From: a virus
Taxonomy: Duplodnaviria > Caudoviricetes
DNA length: 64,000 bases
Strand: one strand, 5' to 3'
Virus record (IMG/VR): IMGVR_UViG_3300036985_003045
Positions within the stretch are counted from its first letter, which is position 1, and every line of letters starts with the position of its first letter. Both the position numbers and the translations under genes were made by a program. A model generated the notes under the pieces. It ran no database searches. It saw nothing but the letters and a program-made list of their open reading frames with translations, and was not told the origin of the DNA. Below, in pieces: positions 17,750-27,914 of this stretch.

Positions 17750-19459
17750 TTATCCGTGACAACTAGTACATTCACCTTTACTAACATTTACTCCTGATTC
17801 ACTACGTATATAGTATAGACTCTTTATATATGGATCAAGAAATGCCAATTTATGTACTTCAGAAATATATTCTTCATTTTCATCGGCAGAAAAGAACAAA
17901 TTAATACTTTGTGCTTGGTCTATATATCTTTGTCTACCGGAAGCTAAACGAATAATTTGTTTTTGGTCAATTTCAAATGCAGTTTTAAATACTGATTTCT
18001 CATCTTCAGTCAACCATTCAACATGTTGAACTGAACCATTATGACTAATAATATCTTTTATAGTTTCTTGTGAATATACATCTTTATCTTTCATTACTTT
18101 TAATAAAGATGGATTAACCCGTTCCATTTTGCCGGCAGATGTATTTTGTACATATGCATTCTTATATATTGGTTCAATTCCCTGACTAACAGAACCACAT
18201 ATTAAAGCAGAACTAAGGTTAGGTGCAATGGCTATTCTATGTGTATTTCTAACTCCATAACCTTTACACCATAATGGTGAACCCCATTCTTTTGCCATCC
18301 ATTCAGTAGCTCTTTTAGACTCTGAATCTAGATGTTGGAATATTTCGCCATTCTTAAAGTATGCTTCCATTGATTCAAAAGCAATCATATGGTCTTGCAA
18401 ATACGTATGAAATCCTAATAGACCTAAACCTAATGCTCTACTCTTTTCAGCAAAACGAACTACCTTTTCCATGCCTGGAGTTCGTTTACCTATTTCAATT
18501 AAGTCTGAATTAACACAATCTAAAAATACTGTAGCATCAAAAACAGCATCTGTATCTTTCCATTCATCATATAGACTTGCATTCATTGAAGATAATACAC
18601 AAGAAAAGGTATGTTCTTCATCTGAAAATAATGCAATTTCTGTACATAGATTACTTGCTTTTACAGTAAGATTTCTATCTTTATACATTTGAGGATTTTG
18701 TTTATTGACTTTGTCAATGAAATTAAAATATCCTTTACCTGTGACCATCTTTAACTTTAATGCTTTTTGGTATCTCTCAATAGCATCTTTATCACCTGCT
18801 TCTAATCTAGCAATAAATTCATCTGAAATATTCCAACCAATATTAGCATCATCTGGATTTTTATTAATATAGTTAACTAATTCATAAAAATCATTATGAT
18901 CTATTTCAATATAACCTGCCCAAGCCCCTCGTCTTTGAGAACCTTGACTAATATCTCTTGACATTTGCACAAAGTCTTTAAAAACTGGTAATACACCTGA
19001 AGCAGCACCTTTAATACCGGCAATCTTAGCACCTCTAGGTCTGATTGCTCCTAAATAACCAGATGTACCAAATCCATTTTTTGATAGAACTGCAGCTTCT
19101 TGTTGAGCACCATAAAATGAATAAACAGAATCTTCAAGGAATCCACCTGAACAACTTACAGGACATCCAATTCCAGTACCCATATTAGATAATACAGGAG
19201 TAGAAGCTGCCAGGTAACCATTCCATAATAGATTAAAGAACTTATTTTCCCATAATATTTGATTTGATGTATACTTTGCTGCATGCGAGGCTACACGTGT
19301 ATAAACTGATTTCAAATCTGGATAATCTTTTGAAAGATAATTCTCTTTGAGCATCTGATATGCAGGTGTAGTTACCCATTCAGGTAACATGCCTTCAGAC
19401 TGGAGTTGCTTGCGTTCTTCTCCTAATTCATCGTATATACTTTTAAATTTTACCATCAT
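17750..19459 (-). CDS. nrdA: class I ribonucleotide reductase alpha subunit (short, no ATP cone)
   Basis: STPVLSN, SNLCTEI, SCVLSS, IAPN, SLYYIRS, C-terminal CxxC. Confidence 0.93.
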   Translation of the reverse strand: MMVKFKSIYDELGEERKQLQSEGMLPEWVTTPAYQMLKENYLSKDYPDLKSVYTRVASHAAKYTSNQILWENKFFNLLWNGYLAASTPVLSNMGTGIGCPVSCSGGFLEDSVYSFYGAQQEAAVLSKNGFGTSGYLGAIRPRGAKIAGIKGAASGVLPVFKDFVQMSRDISQGSQRRGAWAGYIEIDHNDFYELVNYINKNPDDANIGWNISDEFIARLEAGDKDAIERYQKALKLKMVTGKGYFNFIDKVNKQNPQMYKDRNLTVKASNLCTEIALFSDEEHTFSCVLSSMNASLYDEWKDTDAVFDATVFLDCVNSDLIEIGKRTPGMEKVVRFAEKSRALGLGLLGFHTYLQDHMIAFESMEAYFKNGEIFQHLDSESKRATEWMAKEWGSPLWCKGYGVRNTHRIAIAPNLSSALICGSVSQGIEPIYKNAYVQNTSAGKMERVNPSLLKVMKDKDVYSQETIKDIISHNGSVQHVEWLTEDEKSVFKTAFEIDQKQIIRLASGRQRYIDQAQSINLFFSADENEEYISEVHKLAFLDPYIKSLYYIRSESGVNVSKGECTSCHG

Positions 19460-19647
19460 TCCACCAATAAAGTTTGTTTCTCACTAATTTCACCTAGACC
19501 TTCATCTAACTTATCCAGTTGTTCTTTTAATTCTTGTCTTCTTTTAGGATCAGTTGCCTTTGCTAGTTCCATTCTTAAATATCTTACTTGTGCTTCTTCT
19601 ATCATTTTTAATTGCTCAGTTACCATTGGAATTTGCCTTCTGACCAT
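19456..19647 (-). CDS. hypothetical protein between nrdB and nrdA
   Basis: ORF track; overlaps both neighbours. Confidence 0.45.
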   Translation of the reverse strand: MVRRQIPMVTEQLKMIEEAQVRYLRMELAKATDPKRRQELKEQLDKLDEGLGEISEKQTLLVE

Positions 19648-20612
19648 GCTCTATTATAATCATTGCCAGTGGATGAAAAGAAATCGTGTAATGTGCTTGA
19701 CTCTAAATCTCGATAGAACCAATCTGCTATAGGATTATATGATGGTTTAAATATCATTTTATATCCTAGATTCTTAAGACATGTATCAAGTCTTGATTCT
19801 ACAAAGTTTTTTAATTGATTTTCGGTGATGCCTTTGATATGTCCTTTTTCGAATATCTTATCTATAATAACGGTTTCATGCTCAAGAATAACTTTTGTAG
19901 TATCTTCAAGTTCAGTTCTTAGTTCTAATAATGCTTCTTCTGATATAACACCGGCATCAGTTGCTTCTTTCAATAGAGTTCTAAATAACCAAGCACCTGC
20001 TTGACTATGCAATGTTTCATCTATTGCTGAAAAGTTAATACCCGCATTAATGTTTATAAGTTTATTTTTGCCAACATTATTAAAATGTTTAAGAAAAGCA
20101 AATGAACTGTATAATATAGCACCTTCAATCATTGAGAAAATACCGATTGATTTAAGGATATTATAGACAGTATCTTGTTTTTCTACACGTTTGCCTATCC
20201 ATGCCATTCTATTCTTTAGTACATCATCATTTAGATAATCATTATAAAACTCATCGGTATCTAGACCCAGAATCTCATTGATTTTATTATAGAATGGCGC
20301 ATGAACTCCTATTTCCATAAATGCAAAAGTTGTAGCCATTCGCTGAATATCCGGTCTTTGGAATATTTTACCTACATAATTCTGCCAATAATCATTACCA
20401 ACTGATAATTCATATATTGTAAACAGTTTCAAAGTAGATATAACACCATGGTATTCTGCTTCTGTGAAGTTCGTTTTTAGATCGTGTAAATCTTTTTCTA
20501 CTTCAATTTCATCCGGCAACCAGAATATTTCTGCTTGCTGCTTAGCAAATTCTATTGCAGTTGGATAATCTACTGTATACGTAGACTTTTTCTCTAATAG
20601 TCTTATCGACAT
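19620..20612 (-). CDS. nrdB: class I ribonucleotide reductase beta subunit
   Basis: FWLPDE, E..HAPFY, IEG, DETLH, DFF tail. Confidence 0.92.
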   Translation of the reverse strand: MSIRLLEKKSTYTVDYPTAIEFAKQQAEIFWLPDEIEVEKDLHDLKTNFTEAEYHGVISTLKLFTIYELSVGNDYWQNYVGKIFQRPDIQRMATTFAFMEIGVHAPFYNKINEILGLDTDEFYNDYLNDDVLKNRMAWIGKRVEKQDTVYNILKSIGIFSMIEGAILYSSFAFLKHFNNVGKNKLININAGINFSAIDETLHSQAGAWLFRTLLKEATDAGVISEEALLELRTELEDTTKVILEHETVIIDKIFEKGHIKGITENQLKNFVESRLDTCLKNLGYKMIFKPSYNPIADWFYRDLESSTLHDFFSSTGNDYNRAWSEGKFQW

Positions 20613-21448
20613 TATTTATTTCCTTTATTATATATGTTAGCTTCTACAGTAACTCTATGTTGAATCCATCCTTTAAAATTCTTATTAAATGAATCAGTTG
20701 TTGCAGCGGAAGCTTGATGTTCTGTTGGAGAAGCATGTAATGGTATTGATCCAACAAGATCATTAAATAGTTTTAAATCTTTTTCTATTGAAGGTATCTG
20801 TTTATCATGAGTAAAATATGATACTCGTGCACATCTTGCTGCAGATATTTCCATTAATCTTCCGGTGGTATTGTCATGTCCCAAAGCAATATAGTCAGAA
20901 TTAGTAATATAAGGAAGGTGAAAAACCCGTTCTGCAGGAGTAGAATTGTCCATTGCATTTTTCATTTCTCTCGCTAATTCTTGTATTTCAGGTTGGGCAT
21001 CTGGATGATTTCTTAATTCAAAGAAATTATCCCATTCAGTAGATGTTACTATAACAGATATATATTGCCAAGGTTCTAGCAACCGGTTGAATACTTGTTT
21101 ATGGGGACTACTAACTTTATTAGTTATCCATACTAAAGAACACACTATGCGTCCTGAAGTTTTCCACATAAACTGAGCAAACCATTTCTTGAATCCAGTT
21201 AATTCAACACGCGCTTTCATACCTGGTTGATTTGCGCCCCAATGAATAGGTGTCGCAGGATCATTCCAAACTTGTTTAAGAAATGTTGAAACAGGTATTG
21301 CTCTAGAACTTGATGCATTGCGACTAAATACTCGGTGAGTCATGAATTCTGCATGAATGCCTCTCCAATATTTTAATTGCATTGTAGTTAATCTTATTTT
21401 ATTATGGGGATTTAAACTATCCTCTATCACTTTTACTTCACACGCCAT
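20612..21448 (-). CDS. thyX: FAD-dependent thymidylate synthase
   Basis: THRVFSRNASSSRAIP ThyX motif, SAARCARVSY, HASPTEHQA. Confidence 0.9.
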   Translation of the reverse strand: MACEVKVIEDSLNPHNKIRLTTMQLKYWRGIHAEFMTHRVFSRNASSSRAIPVSTFLKQVWNDPATPIHWGANQPGMKARVELTGFKKWFAQFMWKTSGRIVCSLVWITNKVSSPHKQVFNRLLEPWQYISVIVTSTEWDNFFELRNHPDAQPEIQELAREMKNAMDNSTPAERVFHLPYITNSDYIALGHDNTTGRLMEISAARCARVSYFTHDKQIPSIEKDLKLFNDLVGSIPLHASPTEHQASAATTDSFNKNFKGWIQHRVTVEANIYNKGNK

Positions 21449-21460
21449 TAATTTCTCCTA

Positions 21461-21655
21461 TTATATAAAATAATGTATTCCAAAGTATATTAAGGTGATT
21501 ATAATAGCAATTACTATAATAATAGAACCTGCACCTATGAATAATGCAATAATAAATCCTATAATAGCAGCAATGATTCTCATGCTACAAATAGCCATTA
21601 ATATTAAAAGGAATGCACCTAATGTTTGTAATATTTCTAATGTTTCTGGACTCAT
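21461..21655 (-). CDS. small membrane protein
   Basis: Highly hydrophobic; GAGG RBS. Confidence 0.55.
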   Translation of the reverse strand: MSPETLEILQTLGAFLLILMAICSMRIIAAIIGFIIALFIGAGSIIIVIAIIITLIYFGIHYFI

Positions 21656-21772
21656 AAATTCCTCACTTAAAATAATGTATTATAGTTGATATAATTACCA
21701 ATGGTCCAAATGTAAATATTGTTGCCATAGTAATTGATATTAGCATTAAAATTATATAATAAAATATAAATT

Positions 21773-22093
21773 TCATAAATTTAAAACTTTTGCAATATCT
21801 GTATGAGGTAACTTATCATTACCTGTTTTATATCTTTCGATGACATATAATTTATACAATTCTGAATTTATCTTTTCTAAAAAAGATCCAAGTGAACTAC
21901 TATATTGACAATTGTGACATTTTACAAATAGACTTGTAAATCTTTTATAGATGAATAATCGAGCTTTTTTGAGGTTCTTTTTTGAATCACCGCATAAACA
22001 ACATCTTGAATTCCAAACAAATTCAGATTTTTGTTTACCGTTTTGTAATTGGGGGATTATTAAATTCGCATACTTAACATCTATATCAATCAT
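21773..22093 (-). CDS. isolated N-terminal zinc-binding domain of T4-type primase gp61
   Basis: ID.KY, RCCLCGDSKK...KAR.FIY, KCHNC, Y..ERYK; stops at 106 aa. Confidence 0.75.
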   Translation of the reverse strand: MIDIDVKYANLIIPQLQNGKQKSEFVWNSRCCLCGDSKKNLKKARLFIYKRFTSLFVKCHNCQYSSSLGSFLEKINSELYKLYVIERYKTGNDKLPHTDIAKVLNL

Positions 22094-22243
22094 AATGAAT
22101 TACCTATTTAGTTTAATAGGGTTATTATATCATGTAGATGTTATTTTGTACATTAAAATATATTTTTATTTTACTGTTTACAACTGTTTACTTTTGTGAT
22201 ATACTGGTTATACCAGGTTTTTCTAGGTTAATGCTTAGTTAGT

Positions 22244-22648
22244 TTATTTGAATATATCAAAATGTTTAATTAGAAAACCTACTGCTACTGCACTACCTAC
22301 TACCATCCATTTCCAGTTTTCTAGTACTGTTAGTCTATCTGATATTGATTTATGTTGGGATACGGATTTATCTGAATGCTCTTTTAACTTAAGTTCTATT
22401 CTTTCTTCCATATCCTCTAGTTTTTCAACTATTTCCTTTGTATTTTCATTCATTTTCTTATACAATTCGCGAACATCTGTTGAAGTTTCTCTACTGCCAA
22501 ACTCTAAATTACCTATACGTGAATCATGAACTGCTAATAATCTTGTCACCTCAGTAGATGATTTTGCTATTTCAGCTACAGCTGAATCTATTTTATATAC
22601 TACTGATTGCAGAACGGCTACTTCAGTTTTTAGTTCATTAACCATCAC
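22244..22648 (-). CDS. coiled-coil protein with C-terminal TM (lysis region)
   Basis: Heptads then LENWKWMVVGSAVAVGFLI. Confidence 0.65.
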   Translation of the reverse strand: MMVNELKTEVAVLQSVVYKIDSAVAEIAKSSTEVTRLLAVHDSRIGNLEFGSRETSTDVRELYKKMNENTKEIVEKLEDMEERIELKLKEHSDKSVSQHKSISDRLTVLENWKWMVVGSAVAVGFLIKHFDIFK

Positions 22649-22937
22649 TCAATTCCTTTTGCTTTCTAATCCATTCTTGTAATGATTTTAATTGTTCTAC
22701 TACTTTATAGTATGTTCCGTAATTTTTACTAACTGTTATTGCTACATCAGAGAGTTTAACATCGGAGGTTCCTTCATTAATATCTCTGGAGGTGTTGGGA
22801 ACTTTTGTTTGACCTATAGTATTTAAATCTTTAGGTTCCTTCATTAACATCTCTGGAGGAGTTGGGAACTTTTGTTTAACTGGAACCACAGTTGAACACC
22901 CACTTATCAATAAAGAGCATATTATTATTTTAATCAT
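22638..22937 (-). CDS. outer-membrane spanin lipoprotein (Rz1-like)
   Basis: Lipobox ISGC, Pro-rich linker, NYGTYY...LQEW. Confidence 0.7.
   Translation of the reverse strand: MIKIIICSLLISGCSTVVPVKQKFPTPPEMLMKEPKDLNTIGQTKVPNTSRDINEGTSDVKLSDVAITVSKNYGTYYKVVEQLKSLQEWIRKQKELSDG
22766..22877. repeat. 45-bp direct repeat (2 mismatches), copies 67 bp apart
   Basis: 22766-22810 versus 22833-22877. Confidence 0.9.
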
Positions 22938-23616
22938 TGATATGCTCTTTATTGATATGATTTTCTAATTGCTTTTTATATTTATACGTTTTAGTACAAT
23001 GCGTGCAACTTAATATATCTTTTTTTAAAACACTTGTAGAACGATTATTTGTTCTTTTGTTGAGATTATTATATAATTCGTCAAGTTTTTCTGGTAGTAT
23101 ATTTGGATTATTTTTACAGTTATCAAAATGCCAAAACTTCATATTTCTAGAACCACCTAAAATATCACAATGAGGGCATTTTACAACAGAGTCTTTAACA
23201 TTAGAAAATAAAATAGATAGTTTTTCGTAGTGATCTGGTTTTGTAGCATTTAACCAATGACCTATTTTTCCTTTATTGACATTATTTTTTGATATAGCAT
23301 CTTTGGCCTTTTGAGAATGTTTAAATACTCCTTTTACCCCTTTATTTGCAGGAATGTATCCACACCCCATTCCTTTATTATATGTAGTTTTTCTATCTTT
23401 TAAAAGGGATTTAATAATAACTTGTTCAAAAATATAAGATTCTTTTGTAGAACCTTGAAATAATATAGTTCTAGTAAAATCTGACATTCTTAATTTGTAT
23501 TGTTCATTCATTTCTTTACTAGAACATATATAACCATCATCAGTTTTACCTTTATGAAATCCTACATACACTTTGGATGTCTTTAGGTCTGACCAACAAT
23601 ACACAAATGCTTCCAT
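22930..23616 (-). CDS. GIY-YIG-like homing endonuclease with C-terminal zinc fingers
   Basis: FVY.W......YVG.HKG..DDGYICSS; CPHC...WHFDNCK; CTHC...H....H. Confidence 0.7.
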   Translation of the reverse strand: MEAFVYCWSDLKTSKVYVGFHKGKTDDGYICSSKEMNEQYKLRMSDFTRTILFQGSTKESYIFEQVIIKSLLKDRKTTYNKGMGCGYIPANKGVKGVFKHSQKAKDAISKNNVNKGKIGHWLNATKPDHYEKLSILFSNVKDSVVKCPHCDILGGSRNMKFWHFDNCKNNPNILPEKLDELYNNLNKRTNNRSTSVLKKDILSCTHCTKTYKYKKQLENHINKEHIND

Positions 23617-24053
23617 TATTTTTTCCTAGGATTAGTCGCTGCCATATTAATTAAAGTGACAAACCCATTATTAATAGTACACTTATCATCAGATTCTTTG
23701 GTAATATAAATTGGTACTTTCTTAATAATTTCATGGGTTTTTCCTTCAACAATTTTAACTCTATCAACATATTTAGTTACAACTTCATGACTAATCTTTT
23801 CTGCCTCAAGTTCTTTCTTAGCAATTTCTGCTTCCATCTGTTTGACTTTTAATTGCCATTCTGCTTCATTAGACATACCACCAATAAAGAATATACCTAC
23901 AACTAATAGAAATGCAGATAAAATCTGTAATCCTAATTTATACGGTAAAGGTATTAAACCACCAAATATCATAACTAAAACTGTACCTACTCCGCCAGCA
24001 AATGCTAACGCATAAAATATCCAATCAGGTAGGAAGTTTAATAATAACATCAT
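23616..24053 (-). CDS. inner-membrane spanin (Rz-like)
   Basis: N-terminal TMs, coiled coil, VTKYVDRVKIV, KCTI.NGFV. Confidence 0.7.
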   Translation of the reverse strand: MMLLLNFLPDWIFYALAFAGGVGTVLVMIFGGLIPLPYKLGLQILSAFLLVVGIFFIGGMSNEAEWQLKVKQMEAEIAKKELEAEKISHEVVTKYVDRVKIVEGKTHEIIKKVPIYITKESDDKCTINNGFVTLINMAATNPRKK

Positions 24054-24592
24054 AGTGTTTTTTGATTAATGTCAATAGCAATTTGTTTCATTGATTGCCT
24101 TTTTACAATAGGAGGTCTTTTCTTTCTAATAACTGGTTCTTGCGTTGATACTAGACCAGTTGTTTTATTAGTAGGCTCTGTAGAAGCAACAACCTGCCCT
24201 TGACCTACAATAGCACCATCTTCAAACATTTTTACCTGTAATGTCTCTTCGGCAAGAATAACATTAAGGTTTATAATTCTTTGTAATTCTTGTTCTGAAA
24301 TAGTTTCCAATTCAGATTTAGAATTCCATTGTTCTTTGATTAAAAACAAGGCAGCTACTATATTTTTTAATTTAGTATCTCCACCCGGTAGTTTATTTAT
24401 CAATTTTTTCATATTGAATGTCAATCGACTTAGGTAATCGTAAGAATCCTTTTCTTGTTCAGTTTTAGGATCTCTTATTTTTTTACCTGTTTTATCGATT
24501 ATACCAAACTTGAATGCTTCTGTTTCAGGAAATGGTTTAACGAGCATCGAGAGGACTCTGAATGCTATAAGATTATCAACTATGCGTGACAT
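24050..24592 (-). CDS. conserved T4-like hypothetical protein
   Basis: AF..GIID..G, RL.FNMKKLI..LPGG...AALFLIKE. Confidence 0.7.
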   Translation of the reverse strand: MSRIVDNLIAFRVLSMLVKPFPETEAFKFGIIDKTGKKIRDPKTEQEKDSYDYLSRLTFNMKKLINKLPGGDTKLKNIVAALFLIKEQWNSKSELETISEQELQRIINLNVILAEETLQVKMFEDGAIVGQGQVVASTEPTNKTTGLVSTQEPVIRKKRPPIVKRQSMKQIAIDINQKTL

Positions 24593-24972
24593 TAAATTTT
24601 CCTTAGGTTTGAAACAATATAATCATCAAGTAAATAATCAGATGTGATAATACCATATTGAGGTAATGTATCAGGCATCCTATTTAAATAAATTAGGAAT
24701 GTAATCAATATATTCCAATATTCGTTATCTATTTTATAAAATAATATATTTACTGTAGCATCATTAAATAAATTAAATAGAACGATAAAATGGTTTAATA
24801 TTAATCGTTCTCTTAATTCATCTTTATTATTAATATATCTTGTCAATAATTTCTGAAGATATAAAACCCTATTCAAATCCTCTTCAAATTCCTTTAAGGA
24901 AGTACATTGAGGATTATCATAATGTTTCATACAATAAAGTATAAAATTATCTTTATTTAATATTTCAATCAT
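24592..24972 (-). CDS. conserved T4-like hypothetical protein
   Basis: NF.LY.MKHYDNPQC...EF.EDL, RLILNH. Confidence 0.75.
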   Translation of the reverse strand: MIEILNKDNFILYCMKHYDNPQCTSLKEFEEDLNRVLYLQKLLTRYINNKDELRERLILNHFIVLFNLFNDATVNILFYKIDNEYWNILITFLIYLNRMPDTLPQYGIITSDYLLDDYIVSNLRKI

Positions 24973-24979
24973 AATAAAA

Positions 24980-24997
24980 GGGGAGCCTTAACTCCCC
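24980..24997 (-). terminator. Rho-independent terminator
   Basis: GGGGAG-TTAAGG-CTCCCC followed by TTTT on - strand. Confidence 0.8.
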
Positions 24998-25005
24998 AAT
25001 ATTAA

Positions 25006-25800
25006 TTATGCAGTAACAGTCAATGTTTTAGGTGTAGATGTTTTGCTTGTGCAACCATCAGAACTAATTACACAACGGAATCTATAACCATCATATCCTG
25101 TGACATCACTAATTGATAATGTTGCTAAAGTTACATCGGAGAATACGCCTGAATTACTTAAATCAGCATAAGTGGGGAAAGCATCTGTAGCAGTTTGCCA
25201 TTTATATGACAATGTAGTTCCACCAACTAGTGTAGCAGCAACTACAAATGTTGTTGGTAAACCTGCAGCAATAGTTCTATTAGAACCTTGTGAAGTAATA
25301 GTAATTGTACCGTCAACAACAGTTGCATCATCAGCAGCATCACTTGATACAGCAGGTAATACAGAAAATGCAACTAAATGCTCAGCTTTATTACGAACTT
25401 GACCTTGAGCATCAGTATATGTTTTGTAGAACCACCAACCTGGTTCATTTAAACCTTTAACAATGTTTTCTTCTTGTTGAGCTTCTACTTGATCTAAAAA
25501 GAATACATATTGTAAATCTTGTTGAAGAATATACTTAGGAATATCTGCACCTTTAAGATTAGTATTTAATACTGTAGCAGTAGAACCTGCAAAGTTAACA
25601 ACTAAAGTTAATACTGTGGCTGAATTAATTTTAAAAATTTTATACTTAACACCGGTAATAACAATTGTATCACCTTCTTGAAAGTCTGTTAAGAATGTAG
25701 TATCTGTAGCACCATTGCTAGTAACAGTAGGTGAACCATTTACTACACTAACGCTTGTACCTGTGATTGAGAATGAATCTCTATTGCCCCAAAGTGCCAT
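25006..25800 (-). CDS. virion structural protein with C-terminal Ig-like domain
   Basis: MALWG start, PGWW.Y; LSYKWQ...YRFRCVIS Ig-like tail; late promoter upstream. Confidence 0.7.
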   Translation of the reverse strand: MALWGNRDSFSITGTSVSVVNGSPTVTSNGATDTTFLTDFQEGDTIVITGVKYKIFKINSATVLTLVVNFAGSTATVLNTNLKGADIPKYILQQDLQYVFFLDQVEAQQEENIVKGLNEPGWWFYKTYTDAQGQVRNKAEHLVAFSVLPAVSSDAADDATVVDGTITITSQGSNRTIAAGLPTTFVVAATLVGGTTLSYKWQTATDAFPTYADLSNSGVFSDVTLATLSISDVTGYDGYRFRCVISSDGCTSKTSTPKTLTVTA

Positions 25801-25829
25801 TTCTTTATTCCTTATTTAAGTTTATTAGT

Positions 25830-25837
25830 TATTTATA
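25830..25837 (-). promoter_or_regulatory. T4 late promoter TATAAATA
   Basis: Exact consensus, intergenic, 30 nt upstream of a structural gene. Confidence 0.75.
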
Positions 25838-25841
25838 ATGA

Positions 25842-27908
25842 TTAGTTTACATACATATTCAGTTCATTATTCTTTGGTATTGTATTACCTCGGTTATAAA
25901 CTTGAATATGCGCTACTTTTTTAGATTTTACACCATCTTTATGTAATGGTACATGTAGTTGAACAGTTTTACCCTCAGATGGCTTAGATGGACCATGACT
26001 GATATGTTGTTGCCAATCATCAGGATGAATGTCATAACCTTGTTTGTTTAGATGTTTCTCAGCGTGTTGAAGTGCAGCAGAGTAACCAGTATGGTAAACT
26101 TCCATTGGTTCTTTCTTTGCTTCTTCTAATTCAATAGATTCTCTGGTCAATTTATTGATCGCTTTCTCTGTATTTCTTTCTCTCTTGACTGCCTTTTCGC
26201 CAGCATCGATTCTTTTGTCAACACCTGATCCTGGAACATTTTTGACCGAAGGATCACCAGCAATTCTGGTTTTATGGGCAGCATCTACTATTGATTTTTT
26301 GATATACGAACCTAGAGTTTTTTTGCTCAATTCTTCTAACTCTTCAACTTCTTCTTTAACATCAGGCATCTTTTGAGCAATTTTTGTAGCAGTTGCATAC
26401 ATAACACCTTTTGCCTTTTCGCCATACTTATCTTTGAAAGATTGGATGTTTTTCTTCATGCCCTTTACAACTTTTTCTTTTTGCTTAACATCTGTATCTG
26501 TTAATTCTTTTTCGTCAAGTTCAACTGATTCTTTGACTTTACCTCTTGGACCTCGAGTAATAACCTTTGCTCCAGGATGTTTTTCATCACGGTCTTTTTC
26601 AGCCTTAGCTTTATCATAGTAAGCAGCCAAACTTAATGGTTTGTTTTCTTTATCAACAATATGATGAGTGTCTGGTCTAGGTTGCTTTTTACCAATATTC
26701 ATTTCATCCAATTCAACTTCTTCTTTAGCAAGAATCTTACTAACTCTTTGAGAGTTTTGAGCTTTAGTTATATTCAATTTCAAATCAGCATTATGGTCAA
26801 CAGGTTTTTTTGTTGCTGCGTTAGCTTTACGTTTTGCTACCAAAGCATCCCATGCATCACCATTTTCTTCTAATTGTTCTTCAACTTCTTCTTTAAGATG
26901 ACCCGCAGCACTAGCGTCTCTATAAATCTTACGTCCATGGGACATACTAGTAATTTTAGAAATAGGATACTTTGAATGATGTTCAGGTTTAATTAAATCT
27001 TTGATTTGAGATTTTGCTACATCAATTTCTTCAGAAGACTTAACCTTTGAATCACCGTGTGAACTTAATTTATTAAAAGCCAGTGCTCTACCAGCTTGTC
27101 TTTTAAATCCAGGTTCATCAAATGATTTCTTACGGTAACTATCTAAAGTAGCTATAGAAACTTCATCTAAGTCTTCAACTGATTCTTTAGTCAATTTGGC
27201 AACTGCTTTTGAAATGCCTTTTTGTCTTTTGTCTATCTTTGATCCATGATACTCAGCATTTTTAATGTTAAAGTTTCCTACAGAACCCATCAAATTAGTG
27301 CCATGTGATGCAAGTTTACCAGATGCTTTATTGACATAAGAACCTAAAGTCTTTTTAGATAATTCATCTATTTGCTCAACTGATTCTTTAATACCATATA
27401 ATCCTAATCGCTTCTTTTCTGTTGCAATTCTTTGATTAATTTTATTTCTATCAAGATTAGGATTTGGGTTAGTTAATTCATTTTGTAATCGCTTTATTGC
27501 CCCTTTTATTGCTTCTATATCTTTTTTATCACTGGCAGTTAATGCTTCTTCTAACTCAACTTCTTCACTATAAGAACGATTAGACTTTTTATCATAATCA
27601 CCTAACTTATACTTGTCACTTGAAGTTCCAAGTGCGGGTGGATTAGGATTAGTTTCTTTTCTTTTAGCAATTAAAGCATCTCTTGCTGCTTTTTGATCAG
27701 CAACCGAACCTCTTGCCTTAGCACCTTTAATGAAAGATAGATCCATTTCTTCTAAGTCTTCTTTCATTGAACAATCTTCTTTAGTTGATTGTTTTTTCTT
27801 TCTTAATAACTTAAAATCATCAGCATCAAGTTTGCCATTGTAATTAGCATCTAATTTTTTATGATTAGAATGCACAAACCCTTCTTTGAATTCTTTATAA
27901 CTTTTCAT
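25842..27908 (-). CDS. large charged repetitive internal-head-like protein
   Basis: MKSYKEFKE leader; ELSKKTLGSY twice; many (E/S)VELxE linkers. Confidence 0.6.
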   Translation of the reverse strand: MKSYKEFKEGFVHSNHKKLDANYNGKLDADDFKLLRKKKQSTKEDCSMKEDLEEMDLSFIKGAKARGSVADQKAARDALIAKRKETNPNPPALGTSSDKYKLGDYDKKSNRSYSEEVELEEALTASDKKDIEAIKGAIKRLQNELTNPNPNLDRNKINQRIATEKKRLGLYGIKESVEQIDELSKKTLGSYVNKASGKLASHGTNLMGSVGNFNIKNAEYHGSKIDKRQKGISKAVAKLTKESVEDLDEVSIATLDSYRKKSFDEPGFKRQAGRALAFNKLSSHGDSKVKSSEEIDVAKSQIKDLIKPEHHSKYPISKITSMSHGRKIYRDASAAGHLKEEVEEQLEENGDAWDALVAKRKANAATKKPVDHNADLKLNITKAQNSQRVSKILAKEEVELDEMNIGKKQPRPDTHHIVDKENKPLSLAAYYDKAKAEKDRDEKHPGAKVITRGPRGKVKESVELDEKELTDTDVKQKEKVVKGMKKNIQSFKDKYGEKAKGVMYATATKIAQKMPDVKEEVEELEELSKKTLGSYIKKSIVDAAHKTRIAGDPSVKNVPGSGVDKRIDAGEKAVKRERNTEKAINKLTRESIELEEAKKEPMEVYHTGYSAALQHAEKHLNKQGYDIHPDDWQQHISHGPSKPSEGKTVQLHVPLHKDGVKSKKVAHIQVYNRGNTIPKNNELNMYVN

Positions 27909-27914
27909 TTATTA

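Noticed and set aside
19620-19700. STLHDFF near the NrdB C-terminus as a clamp motif
   Set aside because: It is not terminal, and DFF is the standard NrdB tail that binds NrdA
21655-21773. Frameshifted continuation of gp61 primase
   Set aside because: Downstream sequence is AT-rich and encodes short hydrophobic ORFs with no TOPRIM acidic motifs
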